DNA from: a virus
DNA: 64,000 nt
Strand: one strand, 5' to 3'
IMG/VR virus record: IMGVR_UViG_2721755455_000009
Both the position numbers and the translations under genes were made by a program. The notes below the pieces were generated by a model. It had not been told where the DNA came from. It saw only the letters and a list, made by a program, of their open reading frames with translations, and ran no database searches. How positions within the stretch are numbered: the stretch's first letter is position 1; each line of letters begins with the position of its first letter. Positions 18,622-28,545 of this stretch are shown one piece after another.

Positions 18622-19011
18622 TCAGGCCTTCCCGCCCTTGGCCTTGTCGTCAACGAGGCGTTCGGCTTCGGCCTTCTCCGCAGCAGCCTTCTCGGCAGCC
18701 TGGCGCTCGGCTTCGGCCTTCTCCGCAGCAGCCTTCTCGGCAGCCTGGCGCTCGGCCTCGGCCTGCTCCGCAGCAGCCTTCTCGGCAGCCTGGCGCTCGG
18801 CTTCGGCCTGCTCCGCAGCAGCCTTCTCGGCCACCAGGCGCGCGGCTTCGGCCTTCTCGGCTGCAGCACGGGCTGCGTCGATCGCTGGGTCCTCCAGCAC
18901 GCCCAGCGCGACCAGGGCCGCGCCCTCGTCGGCCTTGAGCGTGATGGGGCTGCCCACGCTGTGGCGCTTCCCGTCATGCTTGACGGGCGACAGTACGGTG
19001 TACTTCGGCAT
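18622..19011 (-). CDS. Small capsid-associated protein with AAEKAAAE(Q/K)AEAERQ repeats
   Basis: YTVLSPVKHDGKRH..G..I N-terminus; follows the major capsid gene. Confidence 0.7.
   Translation of the reverse strand: MPKYTVLSPVKHDGKRHSVGSPITLKADEGAALVALGVLEDPAIDAARAAAEKAEAARLVAEKAAAEQAEAERQAAEKAAAEQAEAERQAAEKAAAEKAEAERQAAEKAAAEKAEAERLVDDKAKGGKA
18662..18865. repeat. 45-bp coding tandem repeat, about four copies plus a partial copy
   Basis: Unit tcggcttcggccttctccgcagcagccttctcggcagcctggcgc with small variations. Confidence 0.9.
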
Positions 19012-19016
19012 GGCCG

Positions 19017-19955
19017 TTACGCTGCCGCGCCCTGGAACAGGAAGCCCGCAGTGGCACCGACCAGCTCGGGGCTATAGGCGTCGGAGACGGGGTAGTACCA
19101 CGTCTGCGTGTTCTTGTCGAAGTACGGCTCTTCGACCTGGGGGCGGTCCTTGAGCTGGTAGGTGTAGCCGTAGTTGGGAGATCCGCGCTGTTGCATGGAC
19201 GCCGGCGTGGTGTAGGCCAGGATGGCGTCCAGGCCCCACATATCCTTGAATTCGCTGTCCTCGTAGTAGGTGGCTTCGCCTTCGACGATGCGGTCGATCT
19301 CCAGCAGGCGCTGCAGCTGCTCGATGGTCGCCGGCACACGGTCCACCGTCACGCTGATGCGGTCCAGGATCTTGGGGTGGTTGCGCAGAGCCGACAACAC
19401 CCGGGGGCCAAGGGTCATGACATTCGGCTTCTTGCCGATCTTCTTGCGGATCACTTCCTTGGCCTCGTTGACATCCTTGGCCGGGTTGCTGTTGGGGTCG
19501 GTCCACTTGCTGGAGCCGGACAAGGCCGTCTTGTTTTCCGTGGGGTAGTTGGCAGGGTTGCGCGCCAGATCGGCGGCGAGCTTCTCGCGCTCATTCGCCA
19601 TCACGTCCTGCACCGTGTTGACCGCCATGGCACCCATGTCGATGCCGGGAACGGCCTGGGCTTCCTCTTCATTCTCGATGGGGACTTGGCCTTCCAGGCG
19701 GTGGTCCACCAGCGAGTACTTGCCCTTGGCATAGCCCAGCTGGATGCGCTTGGTGTTCGCACCGGGCGCACGGGCCGTGTTCACCAGGCGAAAGCTCTCA
19801 GGGCCGAAAACCAGGATAGTGCCGGCGCGCTGGCCGACCTGCACGATGGGGAACAGGATGCTGGCGATCTTGGCATTCGGCGAGCCGTAGCCCCGCGCCA
19901 CCTCGGTGAGGATGGGATCGACGACGCGGAGATCGGAAAGGTTGGGTTGCGGCAT
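19017..19955 (-). CDS. Major capsid protein
   Basis: VDPILTEVARGY N-terminus; 312 aa; follows the protease and cement genes. Confidence 0.88.
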   Translation of the reverse strand: MPQPNLSDLRVVDPILTEVARGYGSPNAKIASILFPIVQVGQRAGTILVFGPESFRLVNTARAPGANTKRIQLGYAKGKYSLVDHRLEGQVPIENEEEAQAVPGIDMGAMAVNTVQDVMANEREKLAADLARNPANYPTENKTALSGSSKWTDPNSNPAKDVNEAKEVIRKKIGKKPNVMTLGPRVLSALRNHPKILDRISVTVDRVPATIEQLQRLLEIDRIVEGEATYYEDSEFKDMWGLDAILAYTTPASMQQRGSPNYGYTYQLKDRPQVEEPYFDKNTQTWYYPVSDAYSPELVGATAGFLFQGAAA

Positions 19956-19991
19956 GAGTTTCTCCAGAGAGTGATTCAGGGATGGGATGGA

Positions 19992-20363
19992 TCAGGCGGC
20001 AGCGCTGACCAGGCCGGCGGACGGAACCAGCAGCACCTCGATGCGCTCGCCCGCTGCAGCAGCTGCGCCGAGCGCTCGGGCCACGGGGCTCTTGCTGCCC
20101 ACGGTCAATGGCACGACGCGGCCCTGCGCGTCGACCATCAGTGCTGCGTCCAGGGTGACGGCAGCGCCCGCCTCGACGATGGAAGTGCCCTGTACATCGA
20201 CGGGCAGCAGATCACCGGCCTGGGCTGCGCTGGTGCGCGTGACGCCGAAGGCAACGCCGCCGGCGGTGGGATAGCCGCCGGACTGCGTGACGAAGCGTTC
20301 GGCCGAGACGGCGGCGCTGGCCACCACGGTGAGGGTCAGAGTGGAAATGTTCCCGGAGGGCAT
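19992..20363 (-). CDS. Capsid cement/decoration protein (DUF2190-like)
   Basis: Small Ala/Gly/Val-rich protein between protease and capsid genes. Confidence 0.75.
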   Translation of the reverse strand: MPSGNISTLTLTVVASAAVSAERFVTQSGGYPTAGGVAFGVTRTSAAQAGDLLPVDVQGTSIVEAGAAVTLDAALMVDAQGRVVPLTVGSKSPVARALGAAAAAGERIEVLLVPSAGLVSAAA

Positions 20364-20400
20364 GTTGTGCTCCTAGTGAGGGGGTTGACGATCCGGGCGC

Positions 20401-21753
20401 TCAGCTGGCGTAGCCCAGTTCCTTGAGCGCGGCGACGAGGCTGATGCCCTGCTCCTTCGCCACGGCCTTGGCCTCTTCGACCTGCTGCGCCTTGGTCTTT
20501 TCGCCCTTGTCGGCTGGGGCGGCGCTGCCCTTGGCAGCTGGCGGCGCATCCTGCTTGTGGGCCTCGATGGCAGCAGCACGCAGCGCCTTCTCAGCGCCCA
20601 GCACCGCCAGGCTGGCGTCGGCAGCCGAGGTCTTGCCGTCGAAGGCCAGGCCCTGCAGCAGCTCCTCGTGGCCGGGCAGTCCCTCGCCCACGGCGAGGAC
20701 CGCCTTGATGCGGTCACGCTCCTGGGTGGCACCCAGGACGGTGAACTCGGCCTGGATGGCGGCGAAGAGAGGGGCGTGGTCCTGCTCGAAAGACGCACGC
20801 GTGATGGGATCGGACATTGCTGTTTCCTTTGGATCACGGGTTGAGGATTTGTCTTTGGGCGCAGCACCGGCGCTTGCTGACGGGGCCACCGGCTTGATCA
20901 CGGCCTTGCGGCGCGATGCGAACTCGGTGGGATCTGCGGCCATGCGCTCCAGCAATGCGTCGAGGGTGGAGACACCGTCCACCAACCCCGCATCGATGGC
21001 CTGCTGGCCACGGAACACGCGGCCATCGGCCATGTGCTCGAGAACTTGCTCGGCGCTGACGCCCCGGTAACGCGCAACGTCGTCCACGAACAGCGTGTAG
21101 ACGTAGTCCACGTCCGCCTGGACAACGGCCCGGGCCTCATCGGACAGGGGCTCGTTCGGCTTGGACAAGCGCTTGTATTTGCCCGCTGTGATGCTTTCCT
21201 GCTGCACGCGAGACGAGGGGTCGAACTCGCGGTCCACCACCACGCCGATGCTTCCCACGCTGACGACAGAGCCGCTGACAAAGATGGCGTTGGCGCCGCT
21301 GCCGGACCACATGCCCGCGCTCAGCAGCATCTCGCTGGCGTGCACGACCAGCGGCTTGATGGCACCGGCATCGTGGATGGCCTGGGCAAACTCCGGCACG
21401 CCGATCACGTTGCCGCCGGGCGTATCCATCGCTACCACGATGCTGCGCACCCGCGCGTCTGCCAGGGCGCTTTCGATCTGCAGCGTGGCCTGTCGAGTGC
21501 TGATGCCGCCCGAGACGCGCATGAACAGGTTGGCCTTGGGGGCCATCACACCGGACAGCTTCAACAGCGCCACACCGCCGGGCAAGACCTCGTACTCCTG
21601 CTGTTCGTGCGCCAGCGGCCGGCCCAGCCGGGCCTCGATGGCGTCAAGGTCCAGCTTCTCGCCGCGCAGATGCATGGCGTAAATGCCCTGGATCTCCCGC
21701 AGCATGCCCGGCTCGATGGCCCAGGCGCCAAGGATCATGTCGTGCAGCGTCAT
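20401..21753 (-). CDS. S49 family head maturation protease with C-terminal scaffold region
   Basis: DTPGG, SAGMW and VGSIGV motifs. Confidence 0.9.
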   Translation of the reverse strand: MTLHDMILGAWAIEPGMLREIQGIYAMHLRGEKLDLDAIEARLGRPLAHEQQEYEVLPGGVALLKLSGVMAPKANLFMRVSGGISTRQATLQIESALADARVRSIVVAMDTPGGNVIGVPEFAQAIHDAGAIKPLVVHASEMLLSAGMWSGSGANAIFVSGSVVSVGSIGVVVDREFDPSSRVQQESITAGKYKRLSKPNEPLSDEARAVVQADVDYVYTLFVDDVARYRGVSAEQVLEHMADGRVFRGQQAIDAGLVDGVSTLDALLERMAADPTEFASRRKAVIKPVAPSASAGAAPKDKSSTRDPKETAMSDPITRASFEQDHAPLFAAIQAEFTVLGATQERDRIKAVLAVGEGLPGHEELLQGLAFDGKTSAADASLAVLGAEKALRAAAIEAHKQDAPPAAKGSAAPADKGEKTKAQQVEEAKAVAKEQGISLVAALKELGYAS

Positions 21754-21757
21754 GGTG

Positions 21758-22072
21758 TCAGCCTCCCCTGCTCGGCCCGCTGCTCAGGTAGCGGTTCACA
21801 TCGTTCATGGACTTCTGCAGATCCTTGACGTCGCGTCGGATGTCCGTCAGCGTTTCCTTCATGCGCGAGTCCTGCTCGCGCATGCGCTCGATGGCGACGG
21901 TGGCCTGGATCTCAGTGACGCTGACGCGCTTGTCCAGCGTGCTGTACGCAGAAAAACCGGCCACCAGAAAGCCGACGAAGGTCAGCATGTGACCGAGGTT
22001 GATCGTCGGGTCGAACACCATGCGGCGGCGGTGGTGGTGGGACTCGGTCAAGGGGGCGAGATCAGTGCTCAT
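21758..22072 (-). CDS. Single-TM coiled-coil hypothetical protein
   Basis: One hydrophobic helix plus coiled coil; coupled to the portal gene. Confidence 0.65.
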   Translation of the reverse strand: MSTDLAPLTESHHHRRRMVFDPTINLGHMLTFVGFLVAGFSAYSTLDKRVSVTEIQATVAIERMREQDSRMKETLTDIRRDVKDLQKSMNDVNRYLSSGPSRGG

Positions 22073-23670
22073 TCCTGCTCCTGGGGGGCTTGTTTCGGAG
22101 GGGTTGTTTTGGGTTGCTGGGGCGCCGCAGCGCCGGCCTTGGGCGTGGGCAGCATTCCGTCTTTGACCAGTCGCTCGTACTCGGCCAGCTTCTGGTCGTA
22201 GGTCTCATCCCATCCGCTGCCGAACAGTTCCCACTCGGCACGCTCGCGAGTCATCAGCCGCGCGTCGATGGCCTCGACGTAGGCCTCCACCTCGGCCTTG
22301 GGATCGATGCTGCCCATGCTGTCGCCCGGCCAGGCGGCACGCGTGTAGGCCCAGCGCAGCAGCGGGTCGGCAAAGAAGCCCGGCGCGGGCACGCGGCCAA
22401 TGGCCACGGCTTCGGCCAGCCAGGTCTCGAACACGGGCTGGCAAAAGCTCAGCGACAGCCAGTAGCGCACGCTGCGGAAGTACACCCATGCATCCAGCAG
22501 CGCGGCCTTGCTCGCGGAATAGCTGGCGTTGAATTGTTTGGTCAGCAGCTCGAAGGGAAGGCCCAGGGCGATGCCCATCTGCTTGATGACGGCCTGGATG
22601 AAGGGCTCGAAATTCGGATTCGGCCGCACCGGGTTCACCATTTGGACCTTCTCGCCAGGCTGCAGGCCTATGACCGCGCCCTGGCCCAGGGCGATGTCGG
22701 CCGGGGCCTCGGAGTGGGTCGAGCTGGTGCCGTCGAATACCGGCGCCGCGTTGCCCCCTGGTGCTTCGATGAACACCGTGAGGTAGGCGGTTAGCACCGC
22801 CGCCATGATCTCGGCCTCGGTGTAGCGCGAGATCTGCTTGATGCAGTCGATGATGGGCGCCAGGTAAGGCACGCCCCGGGGCATGCCCGGGCGTAGGCAG
22901 CGGAAGTGGTGCAGCATGCGGCGGCGACCGCTGCGGCCCAGGCGTTCGATCCATTCGCCCCTGTACGCGCCACCCGCTGTCGGCAAGCCGCTGCCCGGGT
23001 GCTTGTCGTACAGGTGGTAGGCCTCTGGTGCACCGTGAGCGTTCAGGCGCACGCCGCCGGCGACGGTGTCACTGTCGGCCTTGCCACCAGGGTTGCCGAC
23101 GCGGTCGGCTTCCAGCACCTGGATGCGCAGCTCGTAGGGCTGGGTGGCCGTGCGCTCGCCATCAGGCAGCAGCGAGAAGCAGTCGCCACTTTCCAGCGCC
23201 GACCGCAGCACCAGAGCCTGCAGCTGGTAGAAATTCTGTTTGCCCTCGATATCGCACTCGGTGCTGTCGGCCCACAGGCTGAATTCCTGCTGTACCTTGG
23301 CTTTCCAGGCAAGGGCGCGATCGCGGGACCAACCCAGCACGGCGAGGTTCGGCTGCGCGCTGAGCGCCAGGCCCGTGCCCACGACACGGTCGATGTTGGT
23401 GTTGATGGCACCCACCGCGATGGGGCTGGTGCGCGCCAGCTCGCGCGAGGCGCCGCGCTGGAAAGGCAGCTGCCGCATCGTGTCCGACCGGGCGTCCCGG
23501 GGACGCGGGTTCCAGAAGCGGCGTGGAGAGGCAGATCCGGCGGATGGCATCTCGCCGCCCATGGCCTGCATTGCCCCCAGCGTCTGGATCTTGGCGCGGG
23601 ACAGCGCCCTATCGGCCGCCCAGCCCGGAGCCACCGCTGCAATCGCGCGGTCAAGCAGATTGAGTTCCAT
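22069..23670 (-). CDS. Portal protein, lambda family
   Basis: RPG..RGVP, SYSASKAAL and IDP.AE motifs. Confidence 0.93.
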   Translation of the reverse strand: MELNLLDRAIAAVAPGWAADRALSRAKIQTLGAMQAMGGEMPSAGSASPRRFWNPRPRDARSDTMRQLPFQRGASRELARTSPIAVGAINTNIDRVVGTGLALSAQPNLAVLGWSRDRALAWKAKVQQEFSLWADSTECDIEGKQNFYQLQALVLRSALESGDCFSLLPDGERTATQPYELRIQVLEADRVGNPGGKADSDTVAGGVRLNAHGAPEAYHLYDKHPGSGLPTAGGAYRGEWIERLGRSGRRRMLHHFRCLRPGMPRGVPYLAPIIDCIKQISRYTEAEIMAAVLTAYLTVFIEAPGGNAAPVFDGTSSTHSEAPADIALGQGAVIGLQPGEKVQMVNPVRPNPNFEPFIQAVIKQMGIALGLPFELLTKQFNASYSASKAALLDAWVYFRSVRYWLSLSFCQPVFETWLAEAVAIGRVPAPGFFADPLLRWAYTRAAWPGDSMGSIDPKAEVEAYVEAIDARLMTRERAEWELFGSGWDETYDQKLAEYERLVKDGMLPTPKAGAAAPQQPKTTPPKQAPQEQE

Positions 23671-23676
23671 GGCCGT

Positions 23677-23919
23677 TTACCGGGGGGACAGGTAAGCGAC
23701 GCGGCGCACGCGGCCGGCCCGGCCCTGCAGGCGTTCGATATTGGCGCGGCACTGCTCGATGCCTGCGCGGACCTGCTCGAGATCGGCGCGGCGGTTGCGC
23801 CTGGCGGTCTGTCCGTTGCCGATCATGTATTCCTGCGAGTTCAGGATGCGTTGCTCGGCGTCGAGATAGGACTGCAGGCGCTCGCGCTCCTGCGTCAGCT
23901 CAGTGGCGGCATCGGTCAT
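23677..23919 (-). CDS. gpW-like head completion protein
   Basis: YLDAE..IL..QEY.I....RRADL; directly before the portal gene. Confidence 0.7.
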   Translation of the reverse strand: MTDAATELTQERERLQSYLDAEQRILNSQEYMIGNGQTARRNRRADLEQVRAGIEQCRANIERLQGRAGRVRRVAYLSPR

Positions 23920-24671
23920 TACCAAGATCCTTTGGATTGCAGGTCGGCGATCGCACGCCCGAACTCGGGGCGGAAGCGCGCCAGCGCCACACGCTGCACG
24001 GTGCCGCTGAAGTCGAGCCGAACCGAATAGTCCGGCGCGTCGCTGGTGAAGACGAACAGGGCGCGCAGGCGCTTGCCCTCGCGCCGCCAGATGCCGTCAG
24101 GGCGACCACCGCCCTGCGGCTGGCCTACGAACATGTCGTTGGCCAGGCGCCGGCCCTTGCGCAGCTTGGCGCCCGTGGCACGGTCGCGCGTGGAGCTGGC
24201 GGCGCGGATGCCCTTGAGGGCGTTGAGGATGGTGCGAACCTGGGCGCCGCTGACGTTGCCGTAGGCGTCCAGCTTGGCCGCTGCGCCCGGCATGGCGTAC
24301 TGCGTGGGCGACAGCACGCCCTGGTAGCGCAGGGCCATCTCCAGACCCTTGTGCTTGCGCACGCCGCCCTCGACCTCCGGGAACAGGAAGTTTTCCGGGG
24401 CGACGCCCGGGGCATGCGCGCCGGTCTTGACCATGACGCGCGCCATCAGGTTGTCCTTGGTGGCGGGCTCGATGCGCAGCGCGTTGAGCGTGTAGGGAAC
24501 GGGGTTGGAGAACACCTTGCGCATCTCGGCCGGCAGATCCTCGGCCTGTGCCTGCTTGGCGCAGCGGGTCAGCGCCGTGGCCGCCGCATAGGGAATCATG
24601 CGCGACGGCACACCGCGCACGGACGCGATCACGTCGGCGATCGAGGCGCCCGTGCGTTGGATGGAAAGCAT
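23919..24671 (-). CDS. Basic phage morphogenesis protein, first gene of the putative late operon
   Basis: A.ALT..A, F..P.PYT, GG.R.HK..E and LDAYGN motifs. Confidence 0.65.
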   Translation of the reverse strand: MLSIQRTGASIADVIASVRGVPSRMIPYAAATALTRCAKQAQAEDLPAEMRKVFSNPVPYTLNALRIEPATKDNLMARVMVKTGAHAPGVAPENFLFPEVEGGVRKHKGLEMALRYQGVLSPTQYAMPGAAAKLDAYGNVSGAQVRTILNALKGIRAASSTRDRATGAKLRKGRRLANDMFVGQPQGGGRPDGIWRREGKRLRALFVFTSDAPDYSVRLDFSGTVQRVALARFRPEFGRAIADLQSKGSW

Positions 24672-24685
24672 GAATGGAGGCTCCA

Positions 24686-24723
24686 AAACAAAGCCCCCGA
24701 CTCCTTTCGGAGACCGGGGGCTG
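24686..24723 (-). terminator. Terminator in the putative late leader
   Basis: AGCCCCCGG...GAAA...CGGGGGCT stem followed by TTGTTTT on the minus strand. Confidence 0.6.
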
Positions 24724-24821
24724 ATACCGACTTTCGCTGCTGCGGTTGGGTGTCGGGAGGATGTTTTCTGCGTCAGGCGGATTTTTTAGACCTACCTGAA
24801 TTGATGCCAATTTTGGGCCAA

Positions 24822-24870
24822 AGTGTCATATCAAAGCGAGCCCTAAATTGTCATATCCAGAGCTGACACT
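24822..24870. promoter_or_regulatory. Putative late-promoter regulator sites
   Basis: TGTCATATC direct repeat (24824, 24849) plus inverted TGACACT (24864) in an AT-rich gap. Confidence 0.4.
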
Positions 24871-25365
24871 TTAATCCTTGACTTCTGCGCTATTGCCTGG
24901 ATTCCATTCCTCAAGAATGGCCTGTGACGCAGAGTAAAGCCGCTTTCGGAACGAGGCCAACACCAGGTAGTAGTGCTGTCGGCTGATTTCCAGCGCAGAG
25001 GCGGCGACCTTCACGGGCGTGACCCGATGCACGTAGTACAGGTCGAACACCCGCTTGTCCAGCGCATCCGGCTGGCACTGGTACGCGAGATGGAATGCCG
25101 CCAGCTCAGCGCTGCAGGCAGCGTTCGGCCCATCTGTGCGCAGCGGCCTGGTGCGCGCACCGCTGAGCTGGCCCAGGATAGACCCCATGCTCGGCGATGG
25201 CCCGTAGAAGCGCCGAGTGGCTTTCCAGGCCACCCAGCGCTCGCACAGCTGGTCCAGGTTCTGCTGTTCATAGTCGGCGTGAGGCTCGGCCTCATCGTCC
25301 TGTCCGGGCGCGGGGGCTGCCAGGCGCAGGGCTTCGGGGTCGTGGAGATCGTCGTGGCGGGTCAT
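24871..25365 (-). CDS. Putative late regulator / antiterminator-like HTH protein
   Basis: ATGA-coupled to terL; C-terminal sigma-region-4-like VKVAASALEISRQHYY. Confidence 0.55.
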   Translation of the reverse strand: MTRHDDLHDPEALRLAAPAPGQDDEAEPHADYEQQNLDQLCERWVAWKATRRFYGPSPSMGSILGQLSGARTRPLRTDGPNAACSAELAAFHLAYQCQPDALDKRVFDLYYVHRVTPVKVAASALEISRQHYYLVLASFRKRLYSASQAILEEWNPGNSAEVKD

Positions 25366-27518
25366 TGGATTCCTCTTGAGTAAATGCGGCGGCCAACGGG
25401 CGCCGGGCGGGCAACGGGGGGCAATGGCGAAGGGGCCGCGAAAGGCGGCGGGGGCGGGACAGGTGCCGGTGGCGGCATTGCAGGCGGCGGCAGGACCACG
25501 CTCGCGGGGCTTGGCGCTTCGGCGTGTACAGACGTCTGTACCGGCACAGGTGCAGGCTGCGGGACGGGCGCCACGGGCGCGACCGGCTCGGGCACTGGAG
25601 CCGCCGCCAGCACGGGGGCCGGCACTGGCGCCGGTACAGGTGCGAACAGATCGCCGATAGGGGGGATCAGCTTGTCGCGCAGCCGCTGCCAATCCAACGG
25701 GGTCCACTTGTGCAGCCCCAGCTGATGGGCGATGGCAAGGTTGTAGACACTGACGTCCCAGGCCTCGTTTCGCGCGCCATTGGGCTTGACCCATTCGCGG
25801 ATGGCGCGGCCCTTCTGCCAGCGCGTACGCGCCTGCTCTACCACCATCTGGTCGAACCATTCGGGTGGCAGGGCATCGTTGAAGTGCATGGCGCCCGGGC
25901 CTTCGGCCAACTGCATGCGGTTGGAAAGCCAGTCCTTGGCGACGTCGGTACCGACCGTCCACAGCTCTACGCCGCCGGGCGTCTTGGTGCCGCCCCAATC
26001 GATGTCCACGCGGCTGGGAGCGCTGCCCATGATGGGCTTGTTCGGGCGCGAGGAACCATGCAGCACCGTGCAGTTCAAGGTGCGGCGCGCTGACCCGTAG
26101 TTGTAGACATCCTGCGTGTTCGCGCCACCGGCATCGATGCCATAGGCGCTGATCATGATGGGCCGGCCCGATGCGTGAAGCAGCGGCGTGCGCCGGATCT
26201 CGTCCAGGCGCTGCCACACGCTGCCCGGCGTATCGGGCGGGTCGGTGGGCGCGCCGTTGAGGACGATATAGTCGATCACCCAATGCTCCAGGCCAGGCCC
26301 CCAGGCCTCGATCTGGACCTCCAAGCGGTTGGGCTGGGTGTCAGCCGTCAGGATGGCCACCAGGGCCGCGTCGGGCAGTACGCGCAGCGGGTATTTCTCA
26401 GCCCTGTCGCGCAGCTGTTTGGCCGTGGTCACGGTCTCCGAATTCTTGTACGACAGGCCCAGGCGGGTGTTGTAGAACACCTGCATGGCCTCGTGATCGC
26501 CACGCGCCAGGCGGTCCTTTGCCCGCGCGTACTGGCGCGCCAGCGTGAGCCAGGTGATCGCGCCCACCGGCATGTAGAAGGCCGACAGCGTGAAGCTGAT
26601 GGTCTCGCCATCGCCCTGGGCCGTGGCGACCCATCGTGCTTGGCCTCCAGCCGCCACGTCGCGCAGCATCGAGGTCTTGTGCCGTTCGTCGATCTCGCAG
26701 CCGCAATGTGGGCAGTCGAACCAAGCCCGGACCATGAAGCCTGTGTCTTCATCGCGCCGATACTTGAAGTTCTCAAGCAGCAGGGCGTGCAGCTCGCCGC
26801 AGTGCGGGCACGGGACGTGGTAGTACTCCTTTGTGCCCATCTCGAAGAGGGTGTCGATCTTCGAGAAGCCCTCGATGGCCGGGCTGGAGGTGTAGAAAAA
26901 CTTGGCGTCGTTCGCGTACTGCGTGGCCCGGGCCTCGGCCAGCTCGACAGGATCGCCTTCGCCATCGACGTTCAGCTCGAGCCGGTCGATCTCGTCGACG
27001 TAGATGTAGGGGGCGGAAACTTCGGCCAGGTTGGCGGCCGAGCCAGCCGTGTTCATGTACAGCGTCGCGTCGCCCAGAAAATCCTTGGCCTGCACCGTAT
27101 TCCGGGAGTCGCGGCTCTTCGCCGCAGCCACGCGCTCTTTCAGTTCCGGCACGCTGCGGATCATGGTCGAGATCCGCGCCGAGAAGCGCTTGACCAGGGT
27201 ATCCGTGGGCTCGAGAGCCAGGATGTTGCGCGGCCGGCGATGGATCAGCGAGCCGATCCAGTTCAGGGCCGTCTGCGTCTTGAACATCTGGGATGCGACC
27301 TTCGCCACCACGCGTTTGCAGGGGTGGCCGGGCGACAGCACCTGGTGCACGCGACGCGCTGGATAGCTGTGGTCGAAACTGAAGCGCCCCGGCTTCGGGC
27401 CGCTCTTGGGCAGGACCATGAACTCCTCGGCCCACTCGTCGCAGAGCAGCTCGGGATCCGGGCGCATGCCCTCGACCGCTGCCTGAACCATCAGTGCATA
27501 CCCGTCAGCGAGATTCAC
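25362..27518 (-). CDS. Terminase large subunit (lambda GpA family)
   Basis: VASQMFKT Walker A variant, YVDEID Walker B, CPHCG motifs, RNEAWD; Pro-rich C-tail. Confidence 0.93.
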   Translation of the reverse strand: MNLADGYALMVQAAVEGMRPDPELLCDEWAEEFMVLPKSGPKPGRFSFDHSYPARRVHQVLSPGHPCKRVVAKVASQMFKTQTALNWIGSLIHRRPRNILALEPTDTLVKRFSARISTMIRSVPELKERVAAAKSRDSRNTVQAKDFLGDATLYMNTAGSAANLAEVSAPYIYVDEIDRLELNVDGEGDPVELAEARATQYANDAKFFYTSSPAIEGFSKIDTLFEMGTKEYYHVPCPHCGELHALLLENFKYRRDEDTGFMVRAWFDCPHCGCEIDERHKTSMLRDVAAGGQARWVATAQGDGETISFTLSAFYMPVGAITWLTLARQYARAKDRLARGDHEAMQVFYNTRLGLSYKNSETVTTAKQLRDRAEKYPLRVLPDAALVAILTADTQPNRLEVQIEAWGPGLEHWVIDYIVLNGAPTDPPDTPGSVWQRLDEIRRTPLLHASGRPIMISAYGIDAGGANTQDVYNYGSARRTLNCTVLHGSSRPNKPIMGSAPSRVDIDWGGTKTPGGVELWTVGTDVAKDWLSNRMQLAEGPGAMHFNDALPPEWFDQMVVEQARTRWQKGRAIREWVKPNGARNEAWDVSVYNLAIAHQLGLHKWTPLDWQRLRDKLIPPIGDLFAPVPAPVPAPVLAAAPVPEPVAPVAPVPQPAPVPVQTSVHAEAPSPASVVLPPPAMPPPAPVPPPPPFAAPSPLPPVARPAPVGRRIYSRGIQ

Positions 27519-28090
27519 TGGTCGGTCTCCTCTGGCAAGACGCCCTGCAGGCGGCGTTCGGCCGCGCCGAAGGCCTTGCGCAGCTCGTCGTGGATGATGC
27601 GTTCGATCTCGCGCGAGTCGGCCAGGCCCACCAGCTGCGGCGCAGCACGCTGGGGCACGCCCATAGCCTCATCGCGCAGGGCGCGGAAGGCGTCAAAAAC
27701 GCCGCGCCAAGCCGCCTCGCGGGACACCAGCAGCTTGGCCTCGCGGGCGTTCTCCCGCTCCTCGCGTTCCACCGACGCCCGTTCCCGGCGCACGCGCAGG
27801 CTCTGGTAGTCATCGCCGGGCGCCACGGGCTGGGAATCCTGGGCTTGTGGCGCGTTTTCTGACGCACCCTGCCCGCCCCCCTGCTCTATCGGCAGCGATG
27901 CGCCAGCGCGCCCGCTGTCGGCCCTGGCGCGCGTGTTCTGCTGCCACTGGATGTCCGCCACGGCCGGGTCGATCTTCCCCTCGATCAGGGTGATGCGCTT
28001 TTCCTTCACAGCCTTCGCCACGGCGGACTTCGCCACGCCCCGGCGCCGGGCGTACTCGGCCTGCGAGACCAGCTCGACGCGCCCGTTCAC
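27515..28090 (-). CDS. Terminase small subunit (Nu1-like)
   Basis: N-terminal HTH SQAEYARRRGVAKSAV; overlaps terL. Confidence 0.8.
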   Translation of the reverse strand: MNGRVELVSQAEYARRRGVAKSAVAKAVKEKRITLIEGKIDPAVADIQWQQNTRARADSGRAGASLPIEQGGGQGASENAPQAQDSQPVAPGDDYQSLRVRRERASVEREERENAREAKLLVSREAAWRGVFDAFRALRDEAMGVPQRAAPQLVGLADSREIERIIHDELRKAFGAAERRLQGVLPEETDQ

Positions 28091-28140
28091 TTCGGCCCCC
28101 AGCGTTCACCAGTTCGTTCACTTTTCCCCAGACCAGCCAC

Positions 28141-28235
28141 TAGCGCTCGCGCGGGGGCCGAATTACCCCCGGAAAATCCTGGGCCGGGAGTACCTATGCC
28201 GGGGGGTGGGGTATACCCCATGCCGGGGGTGGGGG
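28141..28235. other. Candidate cos/packaging-site region
   Basis: Immediately upstream of terS; G/C runs and a GGGGTAATTCGG element; positional inference from lambda-type terminase. Confidence 0.4.
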
Positions 28236-28289
28236 TCGCCACGCCGTCTGCCCTCGCCAGATCCTGCCTATCCATTTCTTCTTCCTCTC

Positions 28290-28545
28290 TTCTCAAAAAA
28301 CAAAGAAGTGATTACGCGGTTACGAGCACGCGTAAACACGAAACCCGCGCCACGCCTAGCGAGTTACACGATTACGCGGTTACGCACACATCGCACACGC
28401 ATACCCGCGCCCATGCACACACGCCCGCACCCGCACACCCACACACATGCATGTGCGTGAAGCGCGTAACGGCATAACCGCGTAACAACCCGCGCCGTTG
28501 CTGGATTCCAGCGTTACGCGTCGGCGTAATGACGTAACCAGTCCG
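28290..28545. repeat. Iteron-like repeats, putative phage replication origin
   Basis: Multiple TTACG/CGTAA units including GATTACGCGGTTACG twice, in both orientations, beside an A-tract. Confidence 0.6.

Noticed and set aside
28087..28296. 69-aa ORF upstream of terS
   Set aside because: Low-complexity translation across the likely cos/origin region; coding status unsupported
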